Of a DNA stretch of 64,000 bases, positions 45,708 through 57,993 are shown piece by piece (the stretch's first letter is position 1; every line of letters starts with the position of its first letter). The notes beneath the pieces are model-generated. The model had not been told where the DNA came from, searched no databases, and saw only the letters and a list, made by a program, of their open reading frames with translations. Source of the DNA: Nemertoderma westbladi (taxonomy: Eukaryota > Animalia > Xenacoelomorpha); the NCBI GenBank assembly GCA_032718475.1, contig JAUCBJ010003548.1, positions 62,001 to 126,000 of the forward strand. Direction: 5' to 3'. The translations under genes were made by a program, and so were the position numbers.

Positions 45708-47722
45708 GTCCCAGTGTTCGGCATCTAGATAAGACTTTGACGTCGGTGTCCCAGTGTCCGGCATCTAGATAAGACTTTGACGTCGGTGTCCCAGTGTCCG
45801 GCATCTAGATAGACTTTGACGTCGGTGTCCCAGTGTCCGGCAACTAGATAAGACTTTGACGTCGGTGTCCCAATGTTCGGCATCTAGATAAGACTTTGAC
45901 GTCGGTGTCCCAGTGTCCGGCATCTAGATAGACTTTGACGTCGGTGTCCCAGTGTCCGGCAACTAGATAGACTTTGACGTCGGTGTCCCAGTGTCCGGCA
46001 TCTAGATAGACTTTGACGTCGGTGTCCCAGTGTCCGGCATCTAGATAGACTTTGACGTCGGTGTCCCAGTGTCCGGCATCTAGATAGACTTTGACGTCGG
46101 TGTCCCAGTGTCCGGCATCTAGATAGACTTTGACGTCGGTGTCCCAGTGTCCGGCATCTAGATAGACTTTGACATCGGTGTCCCAGTGTCCGGCATCTAG
46201 ATAGACTTTGACGTCGGTGCCCCAGTGTCCGGCATCCATATAGACTTTGACGTCGGTGTCCCAGTGTTCGGCATCTAGATAAGACTTTGACGTCGGTGTC
46301 CCAGTGTCCGGCATCTAGATAGACTTTGACGTCGGTGTCCCAGTGTCCGGCAACTAGATAGACTTTGACGTCGGTGTCCCAGTGTCCGGCATCTACTACT
46401 ACTATGATCGGCATGCTGCATTGCAGCTGCATTTTTAAGAATGCTGTGCCGGCTTGTCAACAAAATTGCACCGCCACAACTCCCTATCACCCATGACATT
46501 TGCTAGATCATCCGCATCTTTAAGGCCAGTGTCCTTTAAGATGCGTCTCAAGAAAGTCATGGGCTGTCCACCATGCTTATTCACTCCATGAGGCTGCCAA
46601 AGTACAAGATTATGCACTGGCTGGTCCTCACGGCGAAAGCAATGTCCTGCAAAGCGGAGGCGATTTTGTTCTAGTGTCAAGCTTGGGGGAACCAATGAGA
46701 CACCTCCAATGTTATATAGTGTCTGGTTGGAGATGTGTGCATTGTACTTGACACAATGAACCCGGCGTAGCATTCTTGTGAATGTGCCATCCAGAGATTT
46801 GGTGTCCTCAGCAGTTAGAGCCCAGCATGGACTCCCGTAGAGGAGTACTGGAACTACTGCTGCTCTAAATAATCGGACCTTAAGTTTCCGATTAATTCTC
46901 GGTGACTTCCAAATCCTGGAAAGCCTATTCAAGGCTGCCCATGCCTTTCCCTTACGTATTCGAAGGTCCTCACCTGACTTCCGGATCCATGATCCCAGGT
47001 AACAGAAGTCGTCCACATGCTCAAGCATACCATCCTTTGAGCTTATGCTCATCCGATCAGAGACTTGCTGAGGACTTTCAAAGTCCCTTTCAAAGTCCGG
47101 CATCTAGATAGACTTTGACGTCGGTGTCCCAGTGTCCGGCATCTAGATAGACTTTGACGTCGGTGTCCCAATGTTCGGCATCTAGATAAGACTTTGACGT
47201 CGGTGTCCCAGTGTCCGGCATCTAGATAGACTTTGACGTCGGTGTCCCAGTGTCCGGCAACTAGATAGACTTTGACGTCGGTGTCCCAGTGTCCGGCATC
47301 TAGATAGACTTTGACGTCGGTGTCCCAGTGTCCGGCATCTAGATAGACTTTGACGTCGGTGTCCCAGTGTCCGGCATCTAGATAGACTTTGACATCGATG
47401 TCCCAGTGTCCGGCATCTAGATAGACTTTGACGTCGGTGCCCCAGTGTCCGGCATCCATATAGACTTTGACGCCGGTGTCCCAGTGTCCGGCATCTAGAT
47501 AGACTTTGATGCTGGTGTCCCAGTGTCCGGCATCCAGATAGACTTTGACGTCGGTGTCCCAGTGTCTGGCATCCATATAGACTTTGACGCCGGTGTCCCA
47601 GTGTCCGGCATCCAGATAGACTTTGACGCTGGTGTCCCAGTGCCCGGTATCTAGATGGACTTTGACGCTCGTATCCCAGTGTCCGGCCTCTAGGTAGACT
47701 TAGACGCCGGTGTCCCAGTACC
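45708..47722. repeat. 39/40-bp minisatellite interrupted by a LINE insertion
   Basis: Unit GTCCCAGTGTCCGGCATCTAGATAGACTTTGACGTCGGT, degenerating toward 47722. Confidence 0.95.
46396..47094 (-). mobile_element. 5'-truncated RTE-like LINE with (TAG)n tail and 12-bp TSD
   Basis: ORF with VDDFCYLGSWI, KAWAALNRLSRIWKS, KVRLFRAAVVPVLLYG, LDGTFTRMLRRV and RLRFAGHCFR. Tail tagtagtag. GTCCGGCATCTA at 46384-46395 and 47095-47106. Confidence 0.9.
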
Positions 47723-49147
47723 CGAGTGGATACAGCGCCTGAACTTCTTTCACAATTTAGTGTTTGGCGGCAAATTTTCAAAAATATAATTTAAGTTCCA
47801 AACGTTGTTTAAATCGTACCACTTCCTTTACGAAATTGTATCAATACAAATTTCCTTCGTGAAAATGAAATCTCCTATTTCGCGATATACATTATGAATA
47901 ATAATGTGGGCCAAATCGGCGTTGTCCATGTCCATCCGTATGTCTGGATCAATGTTTGGACCCTGTCACGGTAGCCGGCTAGATCTTACAGTAAACAGGC
48001 GGCTGGTTACCGAGCGTGTGATACAGTGTGTTAGGTAGTAGAGGTCTGTTTTAACTGGTTCTGTAGGGGACGGATGTTTCTGACCTGGACGTTGGGCAAA
48101 ACTAGTTTCTTGTTTCTGCTTCCATGTATAATATGATATATCAGCCAAAAAATAGTTACCAGTAATAGCAAAAGTCTAAATCCGATGTCATTGCACAAAG
48201 AACTCTGGGTCAATAATGAAACACAGGCAGTAAGGTACAGATAGCCCAATACAAAAACATTAAACTAAAGCGGCCTCTCGGGGTTTGAGCTGCCTGTGTA
48301 CTGAGATATAAATTGTAATTACAGTGATATTACCTAGCAATAGTGTGATCCATTTTTCGCGCCTCCGTAGGCAACAATACAAAAATACGCTGAATACCTA
48401 TAATTGCAATATTACCAACCCCTCTCTGCAAGCTATCACTGTCCAATAAGGGAGCTTCCTATGCAAATACCACCCTTCCCTCTCATTGGAGCTAGCCTAT
48501 ACAAACCTATCCCTTCCTTCTCCTTGTATTAACCCTTACCCAGTCAATAACAGGGAATATTTCTGTATACAATAAACTATATGAGACAGTGACAATGAAC
48601 GTTTATTGGTCAGTCTGTAACGAGTTAATATCAATTATGTTTTACATGTGTTTAACGTAATAATTGCACAAGAAAGACATATTCTGAATAGGTGATAATT
48701 AGGGGTCAACTTCACATTGACCCCAGATACCGGGTTTAAAAGGGCCACTTTTGGATGATTTAAACAGTCAGTAACCACAGGCCTTAGGATCAGCCAGATC
48801 CTTAAGTTCTACCCTTCTCTCTACAACGGTCTACTTGCTCGTATATTTAGAACCGAAATTACCGATAGATAACAGACTATGTAAACGTTACTAGCACAAA
48901 GATATATTCTGATAACCTTCAGCAGTAATGCAGTAGACCACAGCACCAGCACCACAGCACTACATTTAATTTTTCTGTAATTATTTAATATATGACTCCG
49001 TCCGTAATTTAATATATTCTATGTCCTACTTAATAACAATTCAATATTGTATGTCTGTATGTTGCTTGGTAGGTAGGTACCCTAACCCTGTAAATTGTTG
49101 TACATTTTAATTAAAGTAGTGTTTACTCTTATTTTATATATCAATAA

Positions 49148-49187
49148 ACCGCTGAAGACGCCCGCGAGGGTGAAATGGCCATACGGT
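49148..49187 (+). ncRNA. Minimal type I hammerhead ribozyme (Penelope-associated type)
   Basis: ACCG-CTGAAGA-C-GCCC-GCGA-GGGT-GAAA-TGGCCA-TA-CGGT. Stem I ACCG/CGGT, core CUGANGA and GAAA, stem II with GNRA loop, palindromic stem III (ATGGCCAT), NUH site AUA. Confidence 0.7.
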
Positions 49188-50419
49188 GAACAACAAAACC
49201 CTTTTTTATTATTTATATCCACGTGGTGAAAGCGAAAGGCCCTCCCCCTTCTGTAATTATGAATACACCACGAAAAGTGTCGTTCCGGTCAATTCAAAAC
49301 CTAAGATTACCGTAGTGCTTGCGCACTTTGCCCTCGGTTAATCCTCTTAGTCGTAGGACAAAAAAGCAGCAAAGCCGTTTGTATCCAATCGGTCCCACCC
49401 CCGTTTGGACCAAGAACCTGGTGTTTTGCAGTTTGCACTATTGGCAAGTTCCCAATAGTGTGAGGCTGCACCAAGTTTAGTCCGACATCATTTTAGACTT
49501 TTTCAGTAACCTTTTTGTGGATTTTTGTTTTTTTTTGTTTAATAACTGTTTAAGATTATATATTGATTTTCTGGGTGGCGAAGTGCCTCAGGCATCGCTC
49601 CCGTAACAAACCCCAATATCTCAGCAACGGCTCGGGCAGATTTGTTGAAATGTTGTATGTATGTAGTAGAGAAAAAGTTTAGGAAGTGTTTGGCGTCCTG
49701 TAAATTTATGGTGTGTCGCTAGGAGCCGCTAAAATATATAACTTCGTCTAGGATTAATAACCTTTGAACCACTGCATCAATTTTAATAAAACTTTCACAG
49801 AATGACCTAAGGAATCACCTACAAAATGGCCTCTTAGACAAGTTCATGCTGTAAAAATTGAAAAACTCAATGTTCTTATGAAAAACCCCCGGTTGCTATT
49901 GTAAATTTTCGTTGCTAAGAACATTAAAGTCAATTCGAATATATTTTTGTCATTTGGTATAAAGTCTCATGTTTCAACTGAAAATGAAAAATAATACAGT
50001 TACAGAATTTTGAGAAAATCCAACTGTCAATTCCCATATTAGGAGTAAAACTCCCGTTTCTATGACGATAAATCATGACTTCGTTAAATAAAATTGGTAT
50101 GGACCCCATATACTATTAATTATCAAAAATTCTTAAATTATTTACCTATAATGCAAATAAAATACTGAAACGATACGGGAACTACATAAATAATAAAATA
50201 TGCCCATTGCTATGGTACCAATATAATAATGACTTGTGATCCTAGTGATCATGAATGTTGACTATGTAACAATGAATATTGATGCATTTGAATTACATAT
50301 AAAATGTTTGTAATTTTTGAAAACTTTGAGTTGGATCAACGAAATTGTGATGCAATTGCATATTTACTTGAAATAATTGCTGTACTGCAATTACCTGATA
50401 CTGTGATATCTGGCTTTTT

Positions 50420-53400
50420 AATAACTGTTGTTATGAATGGCGGAGGAATTCATCCGAATTCACAACGAGATTTTATTAATAATACGATCGATTACAGAAA
50501 AAAAGTATGCAAGCAAGGACGTGGAGAGAACTCTTACAGATCATCTAATGTCGATGACCTCACTGTATACGATAGCACTTGGTAAAGTCGGTGAGGCTCG
50601 CAAGGAATCCATCGAGGCAAAAGACAAACTGTTACAACTCAGGATGGATTCGTCCAACACGGTTAATACACCGGAGGTTACCGAGGGGGTGGATACCGCT
50701 ACCGCAGCAACAGGAACTAATGCGAGGATCCGCAAAGCACGGGCGATGACTACCACACCGACGCCACGGTCATCCTCGCCTCCCCCCACTAGCAACGGGA
50801 ACTGGCACACGATGACAAAGCGACGGAGGTACAATCAGGCTGCTCCGGTAGTCGGAAAAAAGACGTAAACTGGCCTAGATGCGGCTCTGTCTCAAATATG
50901 CAAAGAAACTCAACTCGCCCATGTATATGTGGGTCGATTTAAAGAAAGGGTCACACTGGACGATATTAAAAGCTATGTGGGACGGGAGCAGTTACCTTGC
51001 CTTGATGTAACTTCATGCCCTCAATCCACCCTCTATGACAACGACAACCCAACTCGATCATTCCATATAACCTGGAATCAGGGGGATAGAGAAAACGTAA
51101 TGAATCCAGAGAACTGGCCAAATAGCGTTGTTATCCGGAACTATCGATTGAACGATGCTGAGCGCGCTGCACTCAATCTTAGACCGCGTAAGGTGCTGCA
51201 CCAGGGGATAACACAAGGACAAGGGGTAGCGCTTGATGTACCACCAACCGGGTCGGCAACTGTATGGACACCGGGAACTTGTGACAACCCAACCGCGCAA
51301 ACAATACGACTCATCTGCAATGTAAGCGCACATCTCCAACACCCACTTTAAGATGTACGGGCTGCTCTAAACCATACCGCTACGCTGGAAGTCTGTTACG
51401 TCACCAGAAACTATGCTCTCGCTTCCAATCTGCCTGCAACATAGGTTTGCTTGCGGAACTACCATTCACAATGGTTGTCAGCACAACGCAATCGGAGAAT
51501 AATGGAAACTCACACCAGTTGAATGTGATACTCTGGAATGTTGAGGGTATTAAATCTACCATGGAAACCACCCTTGATACTACTTTCGAGACCACGGACT
51601 TGCTCTTCCTCAGTGAGACTATGGTAACGGATTTAATGATACCTGGTTTCACCTGCAACAACATACCATGTTCCAAGGGAGACTTAGGCCGCCCTAAAGG
51701 TGGCATATCTGTGGCGTTAAATGCTAGACTCCACACATCCCAAACTGTTGTTTATAAAGTGAAAATTTACTTGCAATTAGCACCAATGAATTGGTGATTG
51801 TTGCTGGATACTTTATACCAGCAACTGATGTTGCTGACATCCTTATAGAACTAATATCTACAATAAACCTGATCCGCCTGAAAAGTAACAACCCAATCCT
51901 ACTTGCTGGGGATTTTAATTGCAGATTGGATAAAAATCACAACCGCGGGGACCTGCTAAGCTGTGGCTTGCTTGGTGCAGGACTAAACTGCCTTTAATGA
52001 TCCCGATACACCTTAGTACCACTGCTGGAATGGGGAAAGCTGTATCGACCTTGTGTTTACCGACGCTAAACTAACGGACCACGCATCTATAAATGTGCTA
52101 CAGACAATTAATACAAAACATCAACGAGTTTCTGTCAATCTATCGTTAACAGATTTAATTCCTAACAGAAAACTACGAACTAAACCTATTCAAAGAATCG
52201 ATACTGATAACTTAATTGACCTGCTGAACATGGACGAATTTGAAACTTCACTTGGCTTGGGAATTGATCCAGCCTGTACCTACATCACAACGGCAATCAC
52301 AAACTCTGTAATTGTACCCAGAACTCGGCAATCTAAACCATGGTTTGATTCCAGCTGTCATACTGCCTGCCACAAAATGTGTGAAATGTGTGAAATGCAC
52401 AATTTAACGAGATGAAAGCAAACCCAAATGAACAGAGCCGCGAACAATACAGACTTAGTCAGCGAAAATACAAACAATTAATTAAGGATAAACGAAACAT
52501 CTTTAAATCAAAGGAGGAGCATTTATTTTTGGATTGGTGCGAGAAAGATAAATCTTCGTTTTGGAACATATTAAGGAGCAAGCATAACTCGCAACCAGTC
52601 GCGCAGCAAGTTCCAGAGGAAATCTGGGCCAACCATTTCACTACTTTATTAACAACCGATACCGACACACAGATGCCTAATATACCAGAGAACTCTAGCT
52701 TCCCACTAGACGACCCGATCAATGCAGCGGAAGTCACTGCAGCTGTAAACTCGAATAAACCCCGGAAAGCCGCGGGCCCGGATGGCATCACAAATGACGT
52801 ATTGAAGTCCGGGATTTGCCATCTGCTGCCATATTTACTTATTTTATTCACAACCTGCCTTTCCATGGGGTTATGTCCCATAACATGGCTCACCTCATAT
52901 CTCTAGCCTCTCTGCAGTCGAACTGCACCAGACTGTTATCGTGGCATAGCGCTATTATCCTGCCTCCTAAAGACATACACATCGATTCTCGCAATGCGTT
53001 TATATAAATGGGCTGAGTCGCACAATATTCTACCCCCGGAACAGTTTGGTTTCCGTAAATTGCGATCTACTCTTATGGCTGTGAAAGCAATATACGACTA
53101 CATCCATGACGCTATCCAACTTCCCGGCGGACACGCATATTGCGTGTTTGTCGACTTCCGAAAGGCATTTGACTCTATAAATAAAAAAATGCTTTGTACG
53201 AAACTGTCTGGTCTAGGGGTTAGTAGACGATTTATTGCTAGTCTATGGGCAATTATGGCTATAAATTATGTATGTGTTTGCATCGGTTCAAATACATTAG
53301 ATCCGATAACTCAAACAATTGGGGTTTTCCAGGGGGATAAATTATCCCCTCTATTGTTTATTTTATATGTGGTTGATCTACCACTCGTTATCATCGCTGC

Positions 53401-54200
53401 TGGTTGCCTGGCATTTATGTACGCCGACGACCCTAGTCATATGCGGAAAATCCTTACAGGAGGTTCAGACAGCACTGGACAACCTTGAGACCTATTGTAA
53501 AGAAAACGACCTCACCGTAAATATTGCAAAAACGAAAGTTGTAAAGTTTCAACGTGGAGGCCGCCTTTCACGTAATGATAAACTTATGTACGATGGACAT
53601 CCACTGGAATTTGTGAACTCCTTCAACTATTTAGGTGTTGTATTATCAACTAAAAACCACTCAACAGCTCACTACGACCATCTTTATAAAAAAGATATTG
53701 TCAGTTCGATAGGACTCGCATCGAAAATCAACTTCTCTGTAATCTATATGGACAGCGCGAAACGTCTCTGGAGTGCTGTGGTGTACCCGGCAATCACATA
53801 TGGTTGTCTAACATTCACCGACGCCGATGGCATCGCAAGTTTGGATCACATCCGCCGCACCAGAGCTTTCTATTGGAAGGTCTGGTGCGGTGTCAGCAAA
53901 TTTGCTTCATCTTCGGCAATACTAAACGCCGTTGACAACCCACAGATGTGCGACATAAATCTGTCCCGCCTGACAGGAGTCAGACGGCGTGCCGTGGCCC
54001 GGTTGCTAAGCAACGGGTTCCACCACAAACTTTGAGGGACAAATAAATGTTGGCGCCCTACGAGTAAGTGTACCTGCTGGGCGTGTGACCAGCCAGCCAA
54101 CTCCGCCGACCACTACACCTCGTGCCCAGCCATCCCTAGCTGCACCTCCGACCTGCGTTACGCCATGTATTTAATTAATTTTACGCGCGACCTTTTAGAC
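50420..54200 (+). mobile_element. Degenerate near-full-length non-LTR retrotransposon (ORF1 plus APE-RT ORF2 with C-terminal Cys/His motif)
   Basis: ORF1 has an RRM-like segment 'VGRF...T.DDIKSYV...SFHI...NPENWPNSVVIRNY'. ORF2 pieces: WNVEG, LSET, GDFN (APE); KAAGPDGI, EQFGFR, FVDFRKAFDS, GVFQGDKLSPLLF, YADD, KTKVV, FNYLG; then CWAC...HYTSC. Multiple stops and frameshifts. Boundaries approximate and clade not resolved. Confidence 0.9.
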
Positions 54201-54627
54201 TAATAATTTTATTTATATTGGGCATGCCATTTTATTTCCAAATGTTTTGGAACAATATATATCATATTCATATAAAATGTTTCTAACTGGTATTATACTG
54301 TACAAACCACAAAATGTTTCCGGTTGCTATGGTAACAAGAAAAAAGGTGTCGGTAAATAATAAATTGTATTTCCAATAGGTTAGCAACATGTAAGGTAAT
54401 TGACCCTAAATGGATTTCTTTTTACACTAATAGTAAATATATTTAAAGTGATGAAACATTACAGAAGATCATGTCAAGAAACATGGCAACTGCCAATCCA
54501 TTTTTATGACGACACCATTAAAAAGATAGGTGTTATGTAATATATATTTGGAAAAATGATTTTAGCATAACTAGGGAACACATATTTGACAATGGTTTAG
54601 AAAACTATTTATATTTGCAAAAATTCA

Positions 54628-56084
54628 CAGCTATTCTCCATAGTAGGTGATGGGGGCTACAAATACAACTGATCGGTTCAGCTGTTCTCTTGTAGGTGAT
54701 GGGGGCTACAAATACAACTGATCGGTTCAGCTGTTCTCTGGTAGGTGATGGGGACACAAATACAACTGATTAGTTCAGCTGTTCTCCGGTAGGTGATGGG
54801 GACCACAATAATACAACCGATCAGTTCAGCTGTTCTCCGATAGGTGATGGGGGCTACAAATACAACCAATCGGTTCAGTTATTCTACATAGTAGGTGATG
54901 GGGGCCACAATAATACAACCGATCGGTTCAGCTGTTCTCCGGTAGGTGATGGGGGCCACAAATACAACTGATTAGTTCAGCTGTTCTCTGGTAGGTGATG
55001 GGGACACAAATACAACTGATTAGTTCAGCTGTTCTCCGGTAGGTGATGGGGACCACAATAATACAACCGATCAGTTCAGCTGTTCTCCGATAGGTGATGG
55101 GGGCTACAAATACAACCAATCGGTTCAGTTATTCTACATAGTAGGTGATGGGGGCCACAATAATACAACCGATCCGTTCAGCTGTTCTCCGGTAGGTGAT
55201 GGGGGCCACTAATACAACCGATTGGTTCAGCTATTCACCGGTAGGTGATGGGGGCCACTAATACAACCGATCGGTTCAGCTGTTCTCCGGTAGGTGAAGG
55301 GGGTCACAAATACAACTGATTGGTTCAGCTGTTCTCCGATAGGTGATGGGGGCTACAAATACAACCAATCGGTTCAGTTATTCTCCATAGTAGGTGATGG
55401 GGGCTACAAATACAACCGATCAGTTCAGCTGTGCTCCAGTATGTGATGGGGGCCACTAATACAACCGATCGGTTCAGCTGTTCTCCGGTAGGTGATGGGG
55501 GCCACAATAATACAACGGATTGGTTCAGCTATTCCCCGGTAGGTGATGGGGGCCACAAATACAACTGATTGGTTCAGCTGTTCTCCGGTAGGTGATGGGG
55601 GAAACAAATACAACCAATCGGTTCAGTTGTTCTCCATAGTAGGTGATGGGGGCCACAATAATACAACGGATTGGTTCAGCTATTCCCCGGTAGGTGATGG
55701 GGGCCACAAATACAACTGATTGGTTCAGCTATTCTCCGGTAGGTGATGGGGGCCACAAATACAACTGATTAGTTCAGCTGTTCTCCGGTAGGTGATGGGG
55801 GCCACAAAATACAACTGATTAGTTCAGCTGTTCTCCGGTAGGTGATGGGGGCCACAATAATACAACCGATCAGTACAGCTGTTCTCTGGTACGTGATGGG
55901 GGCCACAATAATACAACCGATCAGTACAGCTGTTCTCCGGTAGTTGATGGGGGCCACAAATACAACTGATTGGTTCATCTGTTCTCCGGTAGGTGATGGG
56001 GGCCATAAATACAACTGATTGGTTCAGCTGTTCTCCGGTATGTGATGTGGGCCACAAATACAACCGATTAGTTCAGCTATTCTC
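54628..56084. repeat. ~49-bp minisatellite
   Basis: Unit AGGTGATGGGGGCCACAAATACAACTGATTGGTTCAGCTGTTCTCCGGT with length variants; a 250-bp higher-order duplication (ORFs 54678 and 54928 are offset by 250). Confidence 0.95.
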
Positions 56085-56496
56085 ACAAAAATATTTTTAC
56101 TAGAGTGTCTTTAACATAGAGTTTACCACACAAGCGTAGTTTTAGCGCTCTAACATCAATATTCTTGAACTTCTTTCCTAAAGGAACTCCTGGACAACAA
56201 CATCAAGTCAAGTTAATAAAGTTAAGTCATTATAACTACAATTAATTTATTGCAAATATTAACCAACACATACTGCTAATAACCATTTAGCATTATATAC
56301 CGGTAACATAAAACAGTTGTGGTTCCAACAGTAAAGTAGGGATTTGGAGATAATTGTAGGTACAGTATCTCTTCTATACATCTCATTCGATACTCAAACT
56401 GCAAAATAAATAATAAAATATTAATAGTACTAGTAATCTTTTATTGTAAAAAAAAAGAGAACTTAAAAAATTGGCACTTTTCACCCAAAGATCCCA

Positions 56497-57600
56497 GAGT
56501 TGGGAATCATAAGAGAGTGTGTGGAGGCTGGACGTCATCAGAACGTGCGTTGAGGCCGGAGTGGAATTGGGACACATCTGAGAGTGTGTGGAGGCCAGAG
56601 TGGAGTTGGAACTCATAAGAGAGTGTGTGGAGGCCGGAGTGGAGTTGGGAATCATCAGAGAGTGTGTTGAGGCTGGAGTTGACTTGGAAATCATCAGAAC
56701 GTGCGTTGAGAGTGGAATTAGGACACATCTGAGAGTGTGTGGAGGCCAGAGTGGAGTTGGGAATCACCAGAGAGTGTGTGGAGGACGGAGTGGAGTAGGG
56801 ATACATCAGAGAGTCGGTGGAGGCCAGAGTGGAGTTGGGACACATCAGAACGTGCGTGGAGGCCAGAGTGGAGTTGGGAATCATCAGAGAGTGTGTGGAG
56901 GCCAGAGTGGCGTTGGGAATCATAAGAGAGTGTGTGGAGGCCAGAGTGGATTTGAGAATCATCAGAGAGTGTGTGGAGGCCAGAGTGGAGTTGGGAATCA
57001 TCAGAGAGTGTGTGGAGGCCAGAGTGGAGTTGGGAATCATCAGAGAGTGTGTGGAGGCCAGAGTGGCGTTGGGAATCATAAGAGAGTGTGTGGAGGCCAG
57101 AGTGGAGTTGGGAATCATCAGAGAGTGTGTGGAGGCCAGAGTGGCGTTGGGAATCATAAGAGAGTGTGTGGAGGCCAGAGTGGAGTTGGGAATCATCAGA
57201 GAGTGTGTGGAGGCCAGAGTGGCGTTGGGAATCATAAGAGAGTGTGTGGAGGCCAGAGTGGAGTTGGGAATCATCAGAGAGTGTGTGGAGGCCAGAGTGG
57301 AGTTGGGAATCATCAGAGAGTGTGTGGAGGCCAGAGTGGCGTTGGGAATCATAAGAGAGTGTGTGGAGGCCAGAGTGGAGTTGGGAATCATCAGAGAGTG
57401 TGTGGAGGCCAGAGTGGCGTTGGGAATCATAAGAGAGTGTGTGGAGGCCAGAGTGGAGTTGGGAATCATCAGAGAGTGTGTGGAGGCCAGAGTGGCGTTG
57501 GGAATCATAAGAGAGTGTGTGGAGGCCAGAGTGGAGTTGGGTCACATCAGAGAGTGTGTGGAGGCCAGAGTGGAGTTGGGAATCATCAGAATTTGTGTGG
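56497..57600. repeat. 39-bp minisatellite with alternating A/B variants
   Basis: Unit GAGTTGGGAATCATCAGAGAGTGTGTGGAGGCCAGAGTG, alternating with GCGTTGGGAATCATAAG... Confidence 0.95.
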
Positions 57601-57993
57601 ATGCCATTTTTAGCACCCTAGATTTAAGATACATTTGGTTTTAGTGGTATCCAACTTTGTCTAAGGAGCTGAAGAACAGTTAAATTGACCATGTTTTACT
57701 CATTACTTTGAAATACTTATTTTCTTTTTCTTTATTAAATTTCTTAAAAATAATTAATACAATTTCGCACTGGGGTTTTCGAAGTCGGTAAGTTAATTTC
57801 CGATGTTAGTTTCAATATTTTGGTTGAACCTAGTTTGTCCCATAGTTAGTCTAGCTGAAATGTAAAATAAAATATGTGAAACTTTGACATGGGGGGTAGG
57901 GGTTCAAAAAACAATATTTGTAATTAGACATCTTGGTCTTCTACAAACGTCATAACACAACACAAGTATGTAATAACGTAATAATAACATGTA

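Noticed and set aside
45844-47781. YLDAGHWDTDVKV repeat ORFs
   Set aside because: Products of the 39-bp minisatellite; 40-bp variants break the frame.
47964-48850. Possible solo LTR(s) (TGTCACG start, TGTAAC, TATA-like box)
   Set aside because: No clean TG...CA pair, TSD, PBS/PPT or second copy could be established.
56383-57644. 275-341-aa repeat ORFs on both strands
   Set aside because: A 39-bp minisatellite open in four frames; no evidence of coding constraint.
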